A DNA stretch of 64,000 nt. Source: Hemiscyllium ocellatum (taxonomy: Eukaryota). The stretch is taken from the NCBI RefSeq assembly GCF_020745735.1, contig NC_083409.1, positions 18,372,341 to 18,436,340 of the forward strand, written 5' to 3'. This document shows, piece by piece, positions 57,344-64,000 of the stretch; the first letter of the stretch is position 1; each line of letters opens with the position of its first letter. Made by a program: the position numbers and the translations under genes. Under the pieces are notes generated by a model, which saw only the letters and a list, made by a program, of their open reading frames with translations, searched no databases and was not told the origin of the DNA.

Positions 57344-60300
57344 ATGGGGCTTAAAGTTGCCAGCATCAATGTGCGTAGCATCAAATCGGCTACGCGATGT
57401 GTTTCAACGATGGCCTTCCTGGCCAGCGTTAAAGCCGACCTCCTGTTTCTGCAGGAGTGTGGGATACCGCACCTCAGCAGCTACAGGAGATGGTCGAGCT
57501 TGTGGGCCCATGGGCAGTCAGTTTGGTCGGGAGGCAACGATAGCCGCGCCTCCGGCCTGGGTATCCTGTTGCGAGGAAGCAACTTCACCATGTCCGAGGT
57601 TAAGGAGGTGGTGGGCGGGCGCCTCCTCGTCGCCGACGTTATGTACAGGAATGCTCCCCTGAGACTGATCAATGTGTACGCCCCAGTGGGTAAGAGTGAA
57701 CGGTTGGCCGTCCTGCAGCAGCTTCCACTGTTGCTGGCTACGTCCAGGCCGGTCATTCTGGCCGGAGACTTCAACTGTATCATTGATGCAGATGGACGAT
57801 CCGGCGGGGGGGACAGTAAACTGGACGCCACGTCCAGAGCCCTGATGGACGCGGTAAAAGATGCCAAGCTGCACGACGTCTTCAGCACCCCTGCAGACGG
57901 AGCGCAGTGTAGATACACCTGGTCACGGGCAGACGGGTCTATCCGCTCAAGGATAGATTACCTGTTTGTGTCCCGAATGCTCTCGGTCAGATCCACCGAC
58001 GTCAAGCCGGTGTTCTTCTCTGACCACTGCCTCCTGCTGGCCGACAGTCACCTACAGGACGAGCAGCGGGCGGGTAAGGGAACGTGGAAGCTGAACACTA
58101 AGCTGTTGACCCCGGGAAACATTGAGGAGCTCAAGAGGGACTACGCAGGTTGGAGAACAGTGATGCCCCTCTTTGAGTCCCCAGCAGACTGGTGGGAAAC
58201 AGTTAAAGGGAACATCAAGAGGTTCTTCATCCTCAAAGGTGTTCAGGGGGCGAGAGAGAGGCGGGGAAAACTGTCCCAGCTCCAGGAAAGTATGCAGAAC
58301 CTGCTCCTGCTGCAGACGATGGGGGTCGATGTCACAGAGGACCTCAAGGAGGTGAAGGGCCAGCAAGCCTCGCTCTTTGCCTCAGAGGCCTCCAAGATAA
58401 TCTTCCGGTCCAGGGTCCGCTCGGTGGAGCAGGACGAGACGTGCTCACGTTTCTTCTTCCAGAAGGTGCACAAAGAGAGCTCTGTGCTCAGCAGCCTGAA
58501 GGAAGAAGATGGCTCGATAACGTCATCTCAGGCTGACGTCATGAGGATCAGTAAATCCTTCTATGCCAGTCTGTATGACGCGAAGCCGACCGACAGCGCG
58601 GCCTCCCAGTCGTTCCTGTCGTCTATCACGGAGGTCTTAGACGACAGAACACGCGAGAGGCTGGACCAGCCGCTATCTCTGGACGAGCTGAACAAGGCCC
58701 TCGAGTCCTTCGAAAAGAATAAGACTCCCGGAAGCGATGGCTTACCGGTCGAGCTCTATTCCGCTCTGTGGGACTTGATTGGCCAGGACCTGCTGGAGGT
58801 GTATGTCAGTATGCTTCGGGCAGGTACCATGAGCGAATCCATGAGGAAAGGCATCATCACCCTCATCTATAAGCGGAAGGGGGAGAGGGAGGAACTCAAA
58901 AATTGGAGACCGATCTCACTGTTGAATGCAGATTACAAAATCCTGTCAAAGGTAATTGCCAACCGGGTCAGGTCTGCTCTGGGGTCGGTGATTCACCCTG
59001 ACCAAACCTGTGCTGTGCCAGGCAGGAAGATCGCTGAGAGTCTCGCACTCCTCAGGGGTATGATCGCCTACGTGCAGGACAGAGGGTTGGACGCCTGCCT
59101 GATCAGCCTGGACCAGGAGAAAGCCTTTGACAGGATATCACACATGTATATGAGAGATGTTCTCTCCAAAATGGGCTTTGGGGAGGGAATCTGCAATTGG
59201 ATCAGACTGCTCTACACCAACATCGTAAGTGCAGTCTCAATCAATGGGTGGGAATCAGATAGCTTCCCAGTCAGATCTGGAGTCAGGCAGGGCTGCCCTC
59301 TCTCTCCTGCCTTGTTTGTGTGCTGCATAGAGCCATTTGCCGAGTCCATCAGGAAGGATGCGAGCCTGAGAGGGGTGACTATTCCGGGCAGCGGGGGCCT
59401 GCAGGTTAAGGCCTCCCTGTACATGGATGACGTCGCCGTTTTCTGCTCGGATCCGCTGTCCGTGCGCAGACTCATGTGCATTTGTGACCAGTTCGAACGG
59501 GCCTCGGGGGCCAAGGTAAACCGAGGCAAGAGCGAGGCCATGCTCTTCGGGAACTGGGCCGACCAATCCTCGATCCCATTCACCGTCAGGACCGACCACC
59601 TGAAGGTGCTGAGTATTTGGTTCGGGGAGGGCGGGGGCATGCGCCAAGTCTTGGGAGGAGCGTATCAGTAAAGTGAGGCAGAAACTGGGCAGATGGAGGC
59701 TACGGTCGCTCTCCATCACGGGAAAAAACCTGGTCATCAGGTGTGAGGCACTGTCATTGCTGTTGTACGTGGCACAGGTCTGGCCTATTCCCAGAACCTG
59801 CGCCGCTGCAGTCGTCCGGGCCATCTTCCAGTTCATATGGAGTTCAAAGATGGACCGGGTCCGAAGGGACTCACTGTACAAAGATCTGGGCAACGGGGGA
59901 AAAAATACACCCAATGCCACCCTCACCCTGATGGCCACCTTTGTGTGTGGCTGCATCAAGCTGTGTGTGGATCCCCGGTACGCAAACACCAAGTGTCACT
60001 ACGTACTGAGGTTCTACCTGTCCCCGGTGTTGCGAAGGATGGGCCTGGCCTCGCTGCCGCGGAACGCTCCGAGTAGTTGGACCGTTCCGTACCACCTGTC
60101 CTTCGTGGAGAAATTTCTGAAGAAAAACACCTTTGACCACAAGTCCATCAGGAAGTGGTCAGCACGTAGCGTCCTCGAGACCCTTCGGGAAAAGGAGAGG
60201 GCGGATCCTGTTGAGTGGTTCCCTGAGCAGACTGTCAAAGCAATTTGGCAGAATGCCTCATCGCCAGAACTTTCCAACAAGCACCAAGACATGGCTTGGC

Positions 60301-60752
60301 TGGTGGTGAGAAGGGCTCTACCTGTGAGATCGTTTATGCACGCCCGGACTCTCTGCTACACCGCACGCTGCCCTCGAAGCGGCTGCGGGGGGGACGAGAC
60401 TGTCACACACCTCCTTCTGGAATGTGCCTATGCAGAGGAAGTCTGGAGAGGAATGCAGTGGTATTTGTCGAGGTTCGTCCCGAGCAGCGCCGTGACGCGG
60501 GACTCCGTGCTCTACGGCCTGTTCCCCGGGACGCACACCGAGACGAACATCAACTGCGCCTGGAGGATCATCAACTCGGTGAAGGACGCTCTCTGGGCGG
60601 TCCGAAACCTGTTGATCTTCCAGCTGAAGGAGTTGACCCCGACTGAGTGTTGCAGACTGGTACATTCCAAGGTCCAAGACTACGTGTTGAGGGACGCGCT
60701 GAAGCTTGGGGCAGCTGCTGCCAAGGCGCGGTGGGGAAAGACCACCGTTTAA
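57344..60752 (+). pseudogene. Tx1 copy B ORF2 (APE-RT-CCHC) with a single +1 frameshift
   Basis: Open 57344-59671, resumes in another frame 59673-60752; one extra base in the G-rich tract at ~59621-59640 relative to copy A. Confidence 0.88.
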
Positions 60753-61519
60753 CATCTGCCTGTCTAAAGAAAAGCAGGGGGCCCATGCAGTCATTTGGGC
60801 TCTGCTGACACCTCAGCTCAATATGAGTGAGAAATGCACTGATCTGTATGTAATAATGATAATTCGGAGCTGTGTATGTAAATGTGGAAATATGAATGGC
60901 ATTACCTAATGTACAGTGTATCAAATTATTCTATGCATATTTTATGAATAAAGTATATTTTTGAAATTAAAAAAAAACCAGCTCTGCTGTGAGGGAAGGA
61001 CACTGGAGCACACAAGGACATGGGAAATAGGAGTTGGAGGAAGACTCCAACGGCTGTCCATCCTTTCTTAAATACTGAGACCAAAATTGCATACAATACC
61101 CCAGATGCAGCCTCACTAATACCCTGTACAGTTTTAACAAGACTTCTCCACTTTTAAATTCCAACCCCCAGCAATAAAGGTGAAAATTCCATTTACCTTC
61201 TCAATTACTTGCTGTACCTGCACTAACTTTCAGTTTCCCGTGCACAATACTACCCTGATCACTCTGTACTGCACTTTGTTGGAATCTCTCACTATTTAAA
61301 TAATAGTCAGCCTTTAGATTATTCTGGCCCAAGTTCATGGTCTCACACTTTCTGATATTAAATTCCATCCACTGTGTATTAGTTTTGCATTTCCAGTTTG
61401 GTCTTCTCTTTGTGATTGACTGGCTCAATGCATCTGTCTGTAGCACGTCCCATTCCCATTTGTTTGTGAGCCTGACCCTTGATTGTCTGACCCTTTCCTG
61501 CTGGTTCCATTCAATGACA

Positions 61520-64000
61520 GGCAGGAGGCTGGAAGAACACAGCAAGTCAGGCAGCATCAGGCGGTGGAGAAGCTGATGTTTCAGGTGGAACCCTTCTTCA
61601 GGAATGGGAGTGGGTGTAGGGAGAGCTGCAGATAAAGAGGTGGCGGGGGACAGGATGATGAAGTGGGGATAGGTGATGACAGGTGGAGGGTATGACCTGG
61701 TTGGTCAGTGGGAGGAATGAATCTGGTAGGTGTAAGGGAGTAGTGGAAGGGAGGGAGAGGTGCTGGGAAGGGAGTCAGGGGATGGAAAGGGAGGTTATTT
61801 GAAATTGGAGAACTCAATGTTGAGTCATCTGGGCTGTATGCTGCCAGAAGGAAGATGAGATGTTGTTCCTCCAATATGTGGTTTGGTTCATTGTGGCAAT
61901 GGAGGACGCCAATGATGGTCATGTCAAAAATGGAGTGGGAAGGGGAATTAAAATGGGTGCTGACTGGTAGGACTGCTCAGCCCCTGTGGGTCCAGCTGAG
62001 ATGTTCGGTGAAATGTTCCTCAGTTTACGTTTGCTCTTCCCGATGTAGAGAAGACCACATGGGGAACACCTGATGCAGTAATCTAGGTTGGAGGAGAAGC
62101 AGGTGAACCTCTGTCTTACCTGGAAGGACTGTTTGGGGCCTTGGATGGAGGTGTGGGATTGGTGTACCAGCAGGCTTTGCATGTTTTCAGGTTGCAGGGG
62201 AAGGTACCAAGGGGTTCGGGATGGTTGCAGTGCGAGTGGCACAGATCAAGAATTATCGAAGGGAATGGTCCTTGTGGAAGGCAGCCAGGGGTGGGGAGAG
62301 GAAGATGTATTTGTTGGTGTTGTCTAGTTAGAGTTGATGGAAGTGTTTAAGAATGATGCGTTGGATTCAGAGATGGCTGGGGTGATAGGTGACAACAATA
62401 GGGATTCTGCCTTTATTGTATTTAGAGGGGGGTGGGTTTAGAGCAGTGGAACAGGAAATAGACCTGGTGCAGTGGATGGCAGAAGGAGGAAAAGCACATT
62501 GTTCGTAACAGTTGGACATCTGTGATCAGTGGAATATCTCCTCATCCGAGCAGATGGGGCAGAGGCAGAGGAATTGGGAGAATGAAATGGAGTTCTTACA
62601 GGATACTGGGTGAGAGGAGGTGTAGTCCAGTTAGATATAGGAGTCTGTGGGTTTGTAGTAAATGTCTGTCTGTAGATTATCACCAGAATTGGAAATGGAG
62701 AGGTCAAAAAAGGGGAGGGAGGTGTCCGAGATGGACAAAGGGAATTTGAGGACGGGGTGGAAGTTGTGGGCAAAGCCGATGAACTGCTCCAGTTCAGCCT
62801 GGGTGCAGGTCACTGCACTGATGCAGTCATTGATGTAATTGCGGAAGAGTTGGGGCACAGTGCCTGCGTAGATACTGAAGAGGGACTGTACAGCATAGTC
62901 GATAAAGAAGTAAGCGTAGCTGGGACCCATCTGGGTGCCCATGGCCACTCTCTGGATTTGGAGGAAATGGGAGGAGTTAAAGTAAACGTTGTTGAGGGTG
63001 AGGACTAGTTCAGCAAGTTGGAGGTGGGAATTGGTGGAGGGGACTGGATAGGTCTGTTGCAGAGGAAAAGGTGGAGGGTCTGGAGGCCATCCTTATTGGG
63101 TATGGACATATATAAGGACTGCACATCCATAGTGGAGATAAAGCGCTCAGGGCTGGGGATGTGGACGTTACTGAAGAGATGGAGGGTGTGGTTGGTGTAG
63201 CGGAGGTAGGTGGGAAGTGCCTGAAACAAGGAGGAGAGTTGAGGTAGGATGAGAGGAGTTCGGTAGAGCAGGAGCATGCTGAGACAATGGGTCAGCTGGG
63301 GTAGTTGGACTTGTGGATCTTGAGGAGCAGGTAGAACTGGGCCTTGTGGGGCTGGGGGACTATGAGATTGGAGGCAATGGAGGGGAGATCACTGGAGGCA
63401 ATGGGGGCACTGACAGTGCATGTGATTTTGGCCTGATGGGTCACCGCGGGGTCATGGGCAAGGGAAAAGTAGGGCATAGTATTGGAGAATTGGCGTTTGC
63501 CCTATGTGACATTTAGGTCTGTTCTCCAGACTAACACCACCCCACCTTTGTCAGTGGGCTTGATAGTGAACCAGGGGTTGGTGCAGAGAAAGTGGAGTCC
63601 TCAATCAGAGTAGGGTTGGTTGGAGAGGGTGACGGGGTTGCGGGAGGACATGGAGAAAATGAGGCTGCTAATGTCACCTCAGTGGTCAGCACTGAAGAGG
63701 TCTAGGATGTGTACACAGCTGGTGGTGGGGGATGGCGGGGGTGACCAAGTGAAGGAGGAATGTTGGAGGTGGGACGAGGGGTCCTCAGAGGGAGGTTGGG
63801 AGTTTTTGTTCAAGAAAAAGACACGGAGGTAGAGGCAGCGGAAGAAGAGCTCCGCTCGTGGCGGGTGCGCGTTTTGTTGAGGTGGGGTCGGGCGGGAACG
63901 ACTGTGAGCCTTTTCCTGAGGACAGACGTTTTAGCCTCAGAGAGCTCGAGGTCAGGGGAGGGATCCCCGGTGGAGGGCTCTCTAAGTGGGAGTCCTCCCC
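61520..64000 (-). mobile_element. Decayed Penelope-like element, inverted paralogue of 36911-39302, running off the window
   Basis: AMGTQMGPSYAYFFIDY...YINDCIS...DIYYKPTDS (62631-62948), FYLLLKIHK, FTCFSSNLDYCIRC...YIGKS. Confidence 0.85.

Larger units (their letters stand above)
55657..60977 (+). mobile_element. Tx1-clade retrotransposon, copy B, near full length
   Basis: Longer distinct 5'UTR, ORF1 + ORF2, AATAAA 60947-60952, A9 tail to 60977; no target-site duplication visible. Confidence 0.92.

Noticed and set aside
50190-60924. Many antisense and alternate-frame ORFs over the Tx1 copies
   Set aside because: Shadow ORFs of GC-rich coding sequence.
49995-60990. Strict sequence-specific target for this Tx1 family
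   Set aside because: The 3' junctions of A (A|TTGGCC) and B (AAA|CCAGCT) share no obvious motif; only clustering is supported.

Overview
Cartilaginous-fish (shark) genomic DNA. This is inferred from the Ig sequence, the cluster-type V-J-C layout and HE1-type SINEs; the species cannot be fixed from sequence alone. The main gene is one complete, unrearranged, apparently functional kappa-type (type III/NS4-like) immunoglobulin light-chain cluster on the + strand: leader 21543-21591, V 21778-22076 with a 12-bp RSS, a 23-bp RSS with J 22580-22614, an 11.4-kb J-C intron, and C 33981-34309. Most of the rest is layered retroelement debris: CR1 and L2 LINEs, tRNA SINEs, Penelope-like elements, a Gmr1-type Gypsy relic and a retrovirus-like RT relic. 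A young 11-kb tandem stack of Tx1-clade LINEs (two near-full-length copies plus a 5' fragment) lies at 50.0-61.0 kb. The most interesting structures are: (1) an inverted, truncated Ckappa exon plus 3'UTR relic at 47.0-47.3 kb; (2) a ~3-kb inverted segmental duplication (36.9-40.1 kb vs 61.0-63.9 kb) whose right arm is cut by a Tx1 insertion; (3) a chain of minus-strand exon-like segments running antisense across J, the V-J spacer and the V upstream region; (4) B-cell-type regulatory motif clusters and a CTCF-like site. Repeat boundaries and percent identities are read by eye and are approximate.
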